This document shows, piece after piece, positions 17,890-27,266 of a stretch of 64,000 nucleotides of DNA. The stretch comes from an uncultured archaeon (GTDB lineage Archaea; Iainarchaeota; Iainarchaeia; Iainarchaeales; 1-14-0-10-31-34), in NCBI GenBank assembly GCA_964608675.1, contig CAZSOZ010000001.1, positions 221,272 to 285,271 on the forward strand, read 5' to 3'. The translations under genes and the position numbers were made by a program. The notes under the pieces are model-generated. The model saw only the letters and a program-made list of their open reading frames with translations. It was not told the DNA's origin and ran no database searches. The number at the start of each line of letters is the position of its first letter. Position 1 is the first letter of the stretch.

Positions 17890-19116
17890 TTGAGTTATAT
17901 GAAGGTATTAATGCTGGGCTGGGAGTTTCCTCCTTTTAAATCCGGAGGACTTGGAACTTATTTGTATGGCTTTACTAAATCTCTTGCAGGAAAAGGCGCA
18001 GAAATCACTTTTGTTATGCCTTCAACCGGCCTTAAAATTAATCCTGGTTTCATTAATTTAATTCAAGCTGATGACAACTATTCTCATTTGGATGTAGTTG
18101 AAATTGAAGGTTTTGGTTTGCATCCTTATATTCCTTCTCTTTCTTTTAATTCTTCTTCGACTGTTTTGAATGATTCTCCTTCTTCTGATAAAAGCATTAA
18201 TGCTTATGGAATGAATTTCTTTCAGAAAGTAAAGAATTACACTAATTCTGCTGTCAACAGAATGCAGTCTGTTTATTGTGATGTAATTCACTGCCATGAC
18301 TGGATGACTTTTCCTTCAGGTATTGCATTAAAGGAAAGAAAAAAAAAGCCTTTGGTTGTCACAATTCATTCAACTGAATATGACAGGACAGGAAACCTTT
18401 CTCCTAATCATGTGATATGTGAAATTGAAAGAAAAGGCATGCATTCAGCTGATAAAGTAATTACAATCAGCAATTTCATGAAAAAGCAGTTAATTGAAAA
18501 ATATGATGTTCCTGAACAAAAAATTTGCGTTGTATATAACGGTATAGATAAATCTTCTTATGTTGTTCAAGAAAAAACTTTTTTTCCGTTGAACGAAAAA
18601 ATTGTTTTGTTTTTAGGGCGTTTGACTATTCAAAAAGGCCCTGACTGGTTTCTTGAAGCAGCTTATCAAGTCCTTCAATTTCGTCCTAACACGCGTTTTG
18701 TGGTTGTAGGAAACGGAGACATGTTTTCTCAGTTAATTAATAAAGCTATTTCTATGGGGATTTCTGATAAAATTGTTTTTGCAGGCTTTCAGGATGACGT
18801 AAGAAAATTTTATTCTGTTGCTGATTTGTTTGTAATGCCTTCGGTTTCTGAGCCTTTTGGCTTGACTGCTTTGGAAGCTATGGCTTCAAATACTCCTGTA
18901 ATTATTTCAAAGCAGTCAGGAGTAAGCGAAGTAATAAATCATTGTTTTAAACTTGATTTCTGGGATACTCAGGAAATGACAAACAAAATTGTAGGAATCC
19001 TTGATTACCCTCCTTTATCTAATGAACTTAAAAAGAATGCTTTTAATGAACTGCAGTCTTTCAGCTGGGATACAGTTGCAGACAAATGCCTTGAAGTTTT
19101 CAGAGAGGTAATCTGA
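17890..19116 (+). CDS. glgA: Glycogen synthase, archaeal GlgA-like GT-B glycosyltransferase (GT4/GT5).
   Basis: N-terminal MKVLMLGWEFPPFKSGGLGTYLYGFTKSLAGKGAEITFVMP resembles Pyrococcus glycogen synthase (MKVLLLGFEFLPVKVGGLAEAL...). HCHDWMT and a C-terminal glycos_transf_1 EPFGLT..EAMA are also present. Confidence 0.65.
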   Translation: MSYMKVLMLGWEFPPFKSGGLGTYLYGFTKSLAGKGAEITFVMPSTGLKINPGFINLIQADDNYSHLDVVEIEGFGLHPYIPSLSFNSSSTVLNDSPSSDKSINAYGMNFFQKVKNYTNSAVNRMQSVYCDVIHCHDWMTFPSGIALKERKKKPLVVTIHSTEYDRTGNLSPNHVICEIERKGMHSADKVITISNFMKKQLIEKYDVPEQKICVVYNGIDKSSYVVQEKTFFPLNEKIVLFLGRLTIQKGPDWFLEAAYQVLQFRPNTRFVVVGNGDMFSQLINKAISMGISDKIVFAGFQDDVRKFYSVADLFVMPSVSEPFGLTALEAMASNTPVIISKQSGVSEVINHCFKLDFWDTQEMTNKIVGILDYPPLSNELKKNAFNELQSFSWDTVADKCLEVFREVI

Positions 19117-20294
19117 TGCCTTCTGTCTGTTTGTATTTTCATGTTCATCAGCCTTTGCGTTTAAAGAATTATTCTTTGTTTGATATCGGCAGGAACTCAA
19201 ATTATTTTGATGATTCTGCAAACAAGTTTTATCTTGAACGAGTTTCAAAAAAATGTTATCTTCCTACAAACAAAATGCTGTTTGATTTAATTCAAAAGCA
19301 TGAAGGAAAATTCAAATTTTGTTTTTCGATTACAGGAGTTTTTCTTGACCAATTGGAAGAAAGTTTTCCTGAAGTAGTTTCTTCTTTTCAAAAGCTTGTT
19401 GATACAGGAAACGTTGAATTATTTGATGAAACTTATTATCATTCTCTTGCTTATCTTGTTTCAAAAAAAGAATTCATTAAACAAGTAAGAATGCATTCAA
19501 AGAAATTCAGGGAAGTATTTGGAGTTAAACCTAAAATTTTTCGGAATACTGAAGCAATGTATTCTAACGATATAGCTGAAGCTGTTTCTGAAATGAATTT
19601 TAAGGGAATTGTGGCTGAAGGCCTTTCTCATATTCTTGGCTGGCGTTCTCCTAATTTTGTTTACAAAGCAAAAAATTCAGGAATTAAAGTGCTTCTCAGA
19701 AACTATAAACTGGCTGATGATATTGCTTTCCGTTTTTCTTTGCGTGATTGGAAGGAATGGCCTTTAACTGCAGATAAATACTCTTCTTGGCTTTCTTCTA
19801 ATAGAGGTCATTGCATTAATTTGTTTATGGATTACGAAACTTTTGGGGAACATCAATGGGAGTCAACTGGAATATTTAATTTTTTGTCTCATCTTCCTTC
19901 TGAAATTTTAAAATACAAAAATCTTGAATTTTCCACTGCTTCTGAAATTATTTCTGATTATCCTGCAGTAGGAGAATTTGATGTTCCGTATGTTTCTTCT
20001 TGGGCTGATGTTGACAGAGATCTTTCAGCATGGCTGGAGAACGAAATGCAGAAACAGGCTTTTAATGAAATAAAATCTTTGGAGGAAAAAATTCTTTCCT
20101 CTAAAAAAAGAAAACTTATTTCTGACTGGAGAAAACTGCAGATTTCTGATCATTTTTATTATATGTGCACTAAATGGTTTGCTGACGGTGACGTTCACAA
20201 ATATTTTAATCCTTATGATTCTCCTTATGATTCTTTTTTGAATTACATGAATGTGATTTCAGACATAAAAAACCGTTTGAAAACCGGAAGATAG
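19116..20294 (+). CDS. Glycoside hydrolase family 57 enzyme (alpha-amylase / 4-alpha-glucanotransferase / branching-enzyme type).
   Basis: The N-terminal CLYFHVHQPLRL (HxHQP) is typical of GH57. The start overlaps the stop of the preceding gene (ATGA). Confidence 0.7.
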   Translation: MPSVCLYFHVHQPLRLKNYSLFDIGRNSNYFDDSANKFYLERVSKKCYLPTNKMLFDLIQKHEGKFKFCFSITGVFLDQLEESFPEVVSSFQKLVDTGNVELFDETYYHSLAYLVSKKEFIKQVRMHSKKFREVFGVKPKIFRNTEAMYSNDIAEAVSEMNFKGIVAEGLSHILGWRSPNFVYKAKNSGIKVLLRNYKLADDIAFRFSLRDWKEWPLTADKYSSWLSSNRGHCINLFMDYETFGEHQWESTGIFNFLSHLPSEILKYKNLEFSTASEIISDYPAVGEFDVPYVSSWADVDRDLSAWLENEMQKQAFNEIKSLEEKILSSKKRKLISDWRKLQISDHFYYMCTKWFADGDVHKYFNPYDSPYDSFLNYMNVISDIKNRLKTGR

Positions 20295-20349
20295 ATTTAA
20301 TAATTTATTTTGTGCATTATTTATAGTTTATTTTTTTAGGGGGTATTAA

Positions 20350-20544
20350 ATGGATTCAAGTGAATATTTTGGAAGCAAGGCAGGAACTGTTTGGGGGGCA
20401 TTAAACAATAATAAACCAATGACTGCAATTCAAATAAAAAAAGCAACTAAACTAAAATCAGAGCATGTTTTTGCTGCTTTGGGCTGGCTTGCAAGAGAAG
20501 GAAAAATAGGGATTTCAAAAAACAGGTTTTATTTAACTGAATAA
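20350..20544 (+). CDS. Small winged-helix-like protein.
   Basis: 64-aa ORF with a GGGGT ribosome-binding site upstream. Confidence 0.3.
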   Translation: MDSSEYFGSKAGTVWGALNNNKPMTAIQIKKATKLKSEHVFAALGWLAREGKIGISKNRFYLTE

Positions 20545-20585
20545 CTTTTTTTTTGATTGATTTTTTTTCTTTTATTTGTTTTTAG

Positions 20586-22367
20586 TTATTTTTCGTATGC
20601 TTTAAGGTAGTTTTCAATTAGGTTTCCCCAGTCAGCTAATCCAGAGTATTCTTTTGCCTTTATTTTTTTCTGCATTCTTTCCTGTTTTGAAAAAGAATAC
20701 ATTTCGTACATGGTTTTTTTCATTTCCTGCACTTCTTCTGAATATGTTTTTCCTTTTCTTTTTAATACTTGAATGCTTCCTTTTGCTTTTTTTCCAAGTT
20801 TTTCTTCTATGAACTGCCCAAAACCGCCTAAATTTGTTGTCACTGAAGGAACTCCTAATGCAGCTGTTTCTAACGGCGTATAACCCCATGGCTCGTAGTA
20901 TGATGGAAACACTCCATAATGAGAGCCTATTATTGCTTCATAATAATTTAATCCTATTAATCCGTCTGCTGTGCTTAAGTAAGTGGGGTAATAGATTATT
21001 TTCACTTTGTCTTCTTCTCTGTTTAATAAATTATTCTTTTTTATTGCTTTGATTATTTCGTTTTCGTTTACATCAAAGGCACTTAATGGAGGCGTAAAGT
21101 CTTTTTTGCTTTTTAATTTTAACAGCATTTTTTTTGCGTTCATTAAAAAGTTTTTTTCAAATAAGTCGTCTTCCATTTTTTTTCCTTCCATTAAATTTCT
21201 GAATAATTTTTTGTGTATTTTTGGAAGCTCTCTTTCAATCATATCTTCTATTGTCTGGTGTATTGCCATGTTTTCCATTACTGCAATATTTCTTGCAGTG
21301 GTTTCTTCTGCAACCCATAAAAAAGCAACAACAATTTTGTCTTGTTTTTCTTTTTTTAATTGTTTGTTTAATTCTCCTAAACCGTCAATAAACAAGTCTA
21401 TTCCTTTGTTGTGGACTTCGTGTCTTCCTGCAATAAAATAAAAAATCGTGTTTTTTATGTTAAAATAATAATACGGATAAAAGTATGCTTCAACGAATTC
21501 TCTTATTCTATTTCTGTATTGTTTGTGTAAAATGCTTAAGTCTTCCATTATCGGAAATTTTTCCATGTCTAGTCCGTTTGGAAGAATTAAATCGCATTTT
21601 TTTCCTAAAAGAAATTCTGCTTCTCTTGCTACGGCTTTGCTTACGCTTGTAAATACATCTGCATTCCATGCACACGTTTTTTCCAGCAAAAATTTTGCCT
21701 GCATTCCATAATCGTATGCAAGCTGTGCGTCAGCTGGCTTTTTTTCTTTGAATCCTTTTTCTATTAATTCATATAAATCCTGTTTTTTTGATTCTGCTAT
21801 AGTTCTTCCTAAAGCTGTTGCGTGGGTTGTAAAAATTGTTTTTGTTTTGCTTTTTATTTTTTTTAAGTGAAGCAGTCCTGTTCCGCTTAAGTATTCATGA
21901 AAGTGTGCAATTATTTTCTTTTTTCCAAAAACATTATTTTTTTCGAGTTTTTCTATGGTTAATCCAACTGCTTTTGCCCAGACTATTGGTTCATCAAACC
22001 AGTCGTTTGCTCCTAATGAATCTATTTTGAATTCATCCCATAACTCTTTTTTTATTTCGTTTGTTTTATTTTTTAAATTTGAATGGTCTATGAGAATGCA
22101 TTCAGGGCTTTTTTCTGCCATCACCCAGTTTCCGTAATGGCATTTTATTCCAAATTCTTTTTCTAATTCCACAAAACTTTGATGGAATTTTTCTGGAATT
22201 TTTTTTTCTTCAAATTCTGTTTTAGCTTTTTTTTCGTAGTAAGGCCCTATTTCATAAAATTCTGGAATTCTTTCAATCATTCTTGCTGCCTTGCTGGTTA
22301 AAACCGTGTGAATTCCTCCGTATTTGTTGCCAACTTCATAGCTTGCTTCTAACACAACATAATCCAT
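20586..22367 (-). CDS. GT3-family (eukaryote-like) glycogen/starch synthase.
   Basis: The N-terminus MDYVVLEASYEVGNKYGGIHTVLTSKA matches the GT3 glycogen synthase signature (E.ANKVGGIYTVI.TKA); 593 aa. Confidence 0.6.
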   Translation of the reverse strand: MDYVVLEASYEVGNKYGGIHTVLTSKAARMIERIPEFYEIGPYYEKKAKTEFEEKKIPEKFHQSFVELEKEFGIKCHYGNWVMAEKSPECILIDHSNLKNKTNEIKKELWDEFKIDSLGANDWFDEPIVWAKAVGLTIEKLEKNNVFGKKKIIAHFHEYLSGTGLLHLKKIKSKTKTIFTTHATALGRTIAESKKQDLYELIEKGFKEKKPADAQLAYDYGMQAKFLLEKTCAWNADVFTSVSKAVAREAEFLLGKKCDLILPNGLDMEKFPIMEDLSILHKQYRNRIREFVEAYFYPYYYFNIKNTIFYFIAGRHEVHNKGIDLFIDGLGELNKQLKKEKQDKIVVAFLWVAEETTARNIAVMENMAIHQTIEDMIERELPKIHKKLFRNLMEGKKMEDDLFEKNFLMNAKKMLLKLKSKKDFTPPLSAFDVNENEIIKAIKKNNLLNREEDKVKIIYYPTYLSTADGLIGLNYYEAIIGSHYGVFPSYYEPWGYTPLETAALGVPSVTTNLGGFGQFIEEKLGKKAKGSIQVLKRKGKTYSEEVQEMKKTMYEMYSFSKQERMQKKIKAKEYSGLADWGNLIENYLKAYEK

Positions 22368-22442
22368 TAATTCACCGTTTTAATCCATTAATAATCAGGC
22401 TTTTCTTTTATTAAATTTATCTTATTAAAAAAAGAGTTTTTT

Positions 22443-22736
22443 TTACCGAATGTTTGGTTTATCGCATGCTTGATAATAATTATCTTTTGTTCCATCTGAA
22501 TTAATTGTATAACAATAACACCACCCTATGTTTCCGTTGTTTGAATGATCTTCTCCAAAACATTTTTCTCCTGAACAAGTTCTGGTGCTTCCATTCTCGC
22601 ATTCCACAGTAATACTTTTATTTAAAGGAACAATTGATTTTATTACAGGTTCTTCAATTATTTTCATTTCATTAAAAGAACCTGAAACAATAACCACTAA
22701 AAACAAGACAATTATTACTATAAAAATTTTTTTCAT
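22443..22736 (-). CDS. Small secreted Cys-rich protein (8 Cys).
   Basis: A signal peptide KKIFIVIIVLFLVVIVSGS, then a Cys-rich mature region (CENGSTRTCSGEKCFGEDHSNNGNIGWCYCYTINSDGTKDNYYQAC). Confidence 0.4.
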   Translation of the reverse strand: MKKIFIVIIVLFLVVIVSGSFNEMKIIEEPVIKSIVPLNKSITVECENGSTRTCSGEKCFGEDHSNNGNIGWCYCYTINSDGTKDNYYQACDKPNIR

Positions 22737-22813
22737 TTACTCCCCTCAAATAATATTTTCTTTTTTTTTTATATTTAAATAAATTCTATTTAAATTAGAT
22801 TTATCTATAGAGT

Positions 22814-23800
22814 TCAAGCTTTTTTTAGTTCTTCTGCTGCTTGTTCTGGCGGCACTTCAATTAATACGATTCCTGTGCCTTTTTCTATTCCTCCGTAAAC
22901 TTTTTTGACGTTTGGCTGAATTTTTAAATGAAAGCAGTAAGCAGGATTTTTTTTCGTTAATTCATGCAAAAAATAATTGTATGGGGGATTACCTAATTTT
23001 TTTAGTTTGTTTAAAACAAGTTTTATTGCTTCAGCTAAATCTTCTAAAACTTCTTCGTTCATTTCAGTTAAATTTGAGTATTGTTTTTTTGGCATAATCC
23101 ATGTTTCATAAGTCCATTTTGGCGCAAAAGCAGTAAAGACAACAAAATTTTTGTTTTCAAAGATTTTTCTTTCACTTTTGTTTTCGTTTTCTGCTATTTT
23201 CAAGAAAACATTTTTTTTGTGTTTTTCATAAAAATCTTCTGCTTTTTTTATTTCTCTTTGAATTAAGTTTGGAATAAAAGGAAAAGTAATTATCTGTGAA
23301 TGATTGTGTGAAAGAGAGGCACCGCATTCTTTTCCAAAGTTTTTTATTATTAAAACATGTTTTACTCCTTTTCTTTTTTGTAATTCGTTTTCTCTTTCCT
23401 TGTAAGCATTAAATAATTCTTTCATTTCTTTTTTTGTTAGTTCTGATAATTCTTTTGAATGAACGTTTGTTTCTACTATTATTTCATGGTAGCCAAACGC
23501 ATTTCCGTATTCCAATAACTCTTTTTTTTCTTTTTTAAATTCTTTTTTTGACTGCATGGCAGAAAATTTGTTGTTAAATCCTCTTAAGTCCCATTTTATT
23601 TTGTTTCCTGTCCTGAAAATTTCTGGAGGAGTCTGTTTTTCGTTTCCCAGACAAAAAGGGCAGTTTAAGTCAATTTCTTTTTTTTCTTTTTCAATTGTTT
23701 TTTCTCTTTGATGGTCAAATGGTCTTTTGCTCCTGTTTTTTGAAATAATTACCCATTCATCCAGCAAATAGTCTTTTCTTAATTCATTTATTTTTTCCAT
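22814..23800 (-). CDS. HIT-superfamily hexose-1-phosphate nucleotidyltransferase (GalT-like).
   Basis: CPFCLGNE zinc/HIT-type motif and SHNHSQI (HxHxQ-like) in a 328-aa protein. Confidence 0.6.
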   Translation of the reverse strand: MEKINELRKDYLLDEWVIISKNRSKRPFDHQREKTIEKEKKEIDLNCPFCLGNEKQTPPEIFRTGNKIKWDLRGFNNKFSAMQSKKEFKKEKKELLEYGNAFGYHEIIVETNVHSKELSELTKKEMKELFNAYKERENELQKRKGVKHVLIIKNFGKECGASLSHNHSQIITFPFIPNLIQREIKKAEDFYEKHKKNVFLKIAENENKSERKIFENKNFVVFTAFAPKWTYETWIMPKKQYSNLTEMNEEVLEDLAEAIKLVLNKLKKLGNPPYNYFLHELTKKNPAYCFHLKIQPNVKKVYGGIEKGTGIVLIEVPPEQAAEELKKA

Positions 23801-23845
23801 AATCTCTTTAAGACTTTGTTTTTTATATTTCTATTGGTTTTTTGA

Positions 23846-25213
23846 ATGAAAGTTAACCCTAATATTTTCAGGCAGTATGATATAAGAGGTTTAGTTAACG
23901 AAGAACTTTCAGGAAACTTCAGTGAATTTTTAGGAAAAGCAATAGGAACTTATTTAATTGAAAACGGCGGAAAAATTGCAGTAGTAGGCCATGATAACAG
24001 GCCGTCTTCTCCTTCTTTTGCAAAGAATTTAATTAAAGGTCTTGTTTCAACTGGAATCGAAGTCCTTGATGTTGGTTTGGTTCCTACTCCTGCTTATTAT
24101 TTTTCGGTTATTTATTTTGAAGCTCATGGCGGTGCAATGATTACTGGTTCTCATAATCCTTCTGAATTCAACGGCTTTAAGATTTCAAAAGGAAACCATG
24201 CAGTTTTTGGAGAAGAAATTCAAAAAATAAGGCAATTAATGGAAAAAGAAAATTTTATTGAAGGAAAAGGAAGCGTAATAAAAAAGAGTGTTTTGAAAAT
24301 TTATGCTGAAACCATTTTAAAGAAAGTTTCGTTGAAGAAAAAATTAAAGGTTGTATTGGACTGCGGGAATGGAGTAGGAAGCGTTATTGCTCCTGAAATT
24401 TTAAGAAAACTTAATACAAATTTAACTGAATTATATTGTGTTTCGGACGGAACTTTTCCTAATCATCATCCTGATCCAACTTTGCCTTCTACTTTGACTG
24501 ATTTGATTGCAAAAGTAAAGGAACTGAATGCTGATATAGGGATTGCTTTGGATGGTGATGCAGACAGAATCGGTGTTGTAGATGAAAAAGGAAATATTTT
24601 ATGGGGAGACCAGTTAATGATTTTGTTTTCTCGTGAATTGTTAGAAAAAATTCCTGGCGCAAAAATTTTAGTTGAAGTCAAATGCTCTCAGGCTTTAATT
24701 GATGACATTAAAAATCATAAAGGCCGGCCAGTTTTGTCTCCTACAGGACATAGCATTATTGAAGCAAAAATGGTTGAAGAGCATGCTTATATTGCAGGAG
24801 AAATGTCTGGCCACATGTTTTTTAGAGATGAATATTTTGGTTTTGATGACGCAATTTATGCTTCTGCCAGAATTTTAAGGATTCTTTCTAATTCAGATAA
24901 AAAGCTTTCTGAAATGCTTGCTGATGCACCAAAATATTTTTCTTCTCCTGAAATCAGAGTCGAGTGTTCTGATGAAGAAAAATTTGAAGTAGTAAAAAAA
25001 GTTGGAGACTTTTTTAAGGAAAACCATAAAGTAATTGGAGTGGATGGAGCAAGAGTATTGTTTGAAGATGGATGGGGTTTAATTCGTGCTTCAAACACTC
25101 AGCCTGTTCTTGTTTTAAGGTTTGAAGCAAAAACAAAACAGTTTTTAGAGGAAATCAAATCAAAATTCCGCCAAAAATTAAATGAATTTGAATGCGTTAA
25201 ATTAAACTTCTGA
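23846..25213 (+). CDS. Phosphoglucomutase / phosphomannomutase.
   Basis: ITGSHNPSEFNGFK active-site Ser loop and GIALDGDADR metal-binding loop. Confidence 0.8.
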   Translation: MKVNPNIFRQYDIRGLVNEELSGNFSEFLGKAIGTYLIENGGKIAVVGHDNRPSSPSFAKNLIKGLVSTGIEVLDVGLVPTPAYYFSVIYFEAHGGAMITGSHNPSEFNGFKISKGNHAVFGEEIQKIRQLMEKENFIEGKGSVIKKSVLKIYAETILKKVSLKKKLKVVLDCGNGVGSVIAPEILRKLNTNLTELYCVSDGTFPNHHPDPTLPSTLTDLIAKVKELNADIGIALDGDADRIGVVDEKGNILWGDQLMILFSRELLEKIPGAKILVEVKCSQALIDDIKNHKGRPVLSPTGHSIIEAKMVEEHAYIAGEMSGHMFFRDEYFGFDDAIYASARILRILSNSDKKLSEMLADAPKYFSSPEIRVECSDEEKFEVVKKVGDFFKENHKVIGVDGARVLFEDGWGLIRASNTQPVLVLRFEAKTKQFLEEIKSKFRQKLNEFECVKLNF

Positions 25214-25365
25214 TTTTTTTCTTTTTTAACGCTAACGTATCTCTAAAAAGTTTTAAGTTTTTCTGCTAGCGAAGATAAATTTTTTTTTTTAAAGCATTTC
25301 CTTTGCGTGTATTTGTATATTTTTACAAGCTCTTTTATATTATATAAAAAGCTTTTTTCTTTAAA

Positions 25366-27210
25366 TCAGTAAAATTCGGTTTTAATTTTCTTGTTTGTTG
25401 TTTTAGCTAGAATTTTGCCTTTCTTCTTTTCAACAATTAATTCAAATAAAGTGTTTCCTATTCTGATTTTTCTTTTAATGAATTTAATGCTTTCAGGAAG
25501 TTTTGGTTGTAAAAAAATTTTTTTTTCAAATGCATTTAATTTTATTCCAAGCATGAATTCATCTATTGCTTTTACTGCAAGTGCGTGGCCCCATAACTGC
25601 ATTCCACATCCTTTTAGTTCTCCTTTTGAATTCCAACATTCTCCTATTCCTCCAACACAGTCTTGATTTAAGTCTTCTGAAAATTTCATTAAATATTCTA
25701 ATGCTTTTTCTTTTCTTTCTGCTTTGAATTCACTGCACGCCATCCATCCATTACATAAACTCCAGCTTAATCCTGTGTGATAGCCTTCGTTAAATTTTTT
25801 TTCTTTTCTGCTTAAAGTCAGAATTCCTTTTTTTGAGTTGAATTCTTCTGATTCAAATAATTCAATTTCTTTTTTTGTTGCAGGTTTCTGCATTAAGTAA
25901 ACTAATGGATTGCAGGTTTTTATGAATTCATTTTTTTCATTTAATAAATCTCTGTAAACTGAATTTTTTTCAAAGTTTTTTATTATTTTTCTGTTTAATT
26001 CAACTGCTTTTTTTTCTGTTTCGTGTACTTCTTTTTCTTTTTCCTTTAATACAAGCAGGTTTCTGATTGAATGCAGGGCTTTCAGATAGAGTGCCTGTAT
26101 TTCTATTCCTGCTCCTTTTCTTTTAATTGAATCCATCCATGTTTCGTTTTCTTTATGAAAAATTAATCCTTGTTTTTCTTTTGTTTTAATGAAATCCATT
26201 ACTTTTTTGTATTTGATTTTTTTAAGTATTTTTTTGTTTCCTGAAGCAAAAACATAACTGCTTAATCCAATTAAAAACAAAAGTGATGCATCAATTGAAT
26301 TAAAGAAAACTTTTTTTCCTTCAATGTAATTAGGAATTTTTCCGTTTTTGTTTTTTTTCCAGAAATACAATAAAATTTTTTCTGCTTTTTCAAATTCTCC
26401 TAAAGACAGCAGTGCATTCAGACTCCATAAATTGTCTCTCCCCCAGTACTGCAGAAACCAAGGGTAGCCGGCAAAAAAATTTTTGTTGTTTTTCAGCAAA
26501 GTAATTCCTTTTGCTGAATCAGCAAACAGTCTTTTAATTTCATTGTTATTGCATTCAATTAATTTTTCTGTTTTTTTGTTTTCTTTTTCTTTTTTTTGTA
26601 TTTCTTTTTTTATGTCTTTTTCAGTTAACTTTTTTTCTTTTTCTGGAATCACTGCAAAAATTAATTGTTTTCCTTTAAGCAGGATTTTTCCAGGAACAAA
26701 ATATTTTTGTTTTTCGTTTGACGGAAAATGAGTTTCTTCTTTTTTTTCTTCAATGAAATTCATTTTTCCTTTAATTAAAAAAAAGTTTAGTTTTCCTAAG
26801 TCATTTGAAATTTTTATTTTGTTTTTCTTTTTGTTTGTTTTTATTTGATATTTTCTTTGAGTTAAATTTTCTTCTCTTTTCCTTATGTTTACTGCTAATT
26901 TAAGTTCTGTTTCTTTTTCTTTCAAAAAATTTATTTTTACATACAAGCCTGTCTTGTTTTTTGGAATAAATAAGGTTTCGGTTGAATTATCGTTATACGA
27001 GTGAACTGCTTTAATGTAATTGTATTCGGTTTTTTTGCATTTGTTTTCTTTCATTCCTTTAATTGAATAATATTCCAAGTATTTGTTTGAATTTTTCCAT
27101 AATCCTGTCCATTTTGTTTTGAAGCCGTTATCACAGTATCTTGAAAAAAAGCCTTTGTTTCCTGATAGAACATAATATTTTTGTTCTTTGTTTTCTGTAA
27201 TTGAATGCAT
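25366..27210 (-). CDS. Glycogen debranching enzyme (amylo-alpha-1,6-glucosidase, GDE_C type).
   Basis: FFAGYPWFLQYWGRDNLWSLNALLSLGEFEKAEKIL matches the GDE_C signature (GYPWF..WGRD); 614 aa. Confidence 0.7.
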   Translation of the reverse strand: MHSITENKEQKYYVLSGNKGFFSRYCDNGFKTKWTGLWKNSNKYLEYYSIKGMKENKCKKTEYNYIKAVHSYNDNSTETLFIPKNKTGLYVKINFLKEKETELKLAVNIRKREENLTQRKYQIKTNKKKNKIKISNDLGKLNFFLIKGKMNFIEEKKEETHFPSNEKQKYFVPGKILLKGKQLIFAVIPEKEKKLTEKDIKKEIQKKEKENKKTEKLIECNNNEIKRLFADSAKGITLLKNNKNFFAGYPWFLQYWGRDNLWSLNALLSLGEFEKAEKILLYFWKKNKNGKIPNYIEGKKVFFNSIDASLLFLIGLSSYVFASGNKKILKKIKYKKVMDFIKTKEKQGLIFHKENETWMDSIKRKGAGIEIQALYLKALHSIRNLLVLKEKEKEVHETEKKAVELNRKIIKNFEKNSVYRDLLNEKNEFIKTCNPLVYLMQKPATKKEIELFESEEFNSKKGILTLSRKEKKFNEGYHTGLSWSLCNGWMACSEFKAERKEKALEYLMKFSEDLNQDCVGGIGECWNSKGELKGCGMQLWGHALAVKAIDEFMLGIKLNAFEKKIFLQPKLPESIKFIKRKIRIGNTLFELIVEKKKGKILAKTTNKKIKTEFY

Positions 27211-27266
27211 TCCTTCAGATTTTTGTCTTAACTTGATTTAAATTTATTCATCGTTTTTTGCGTTTT

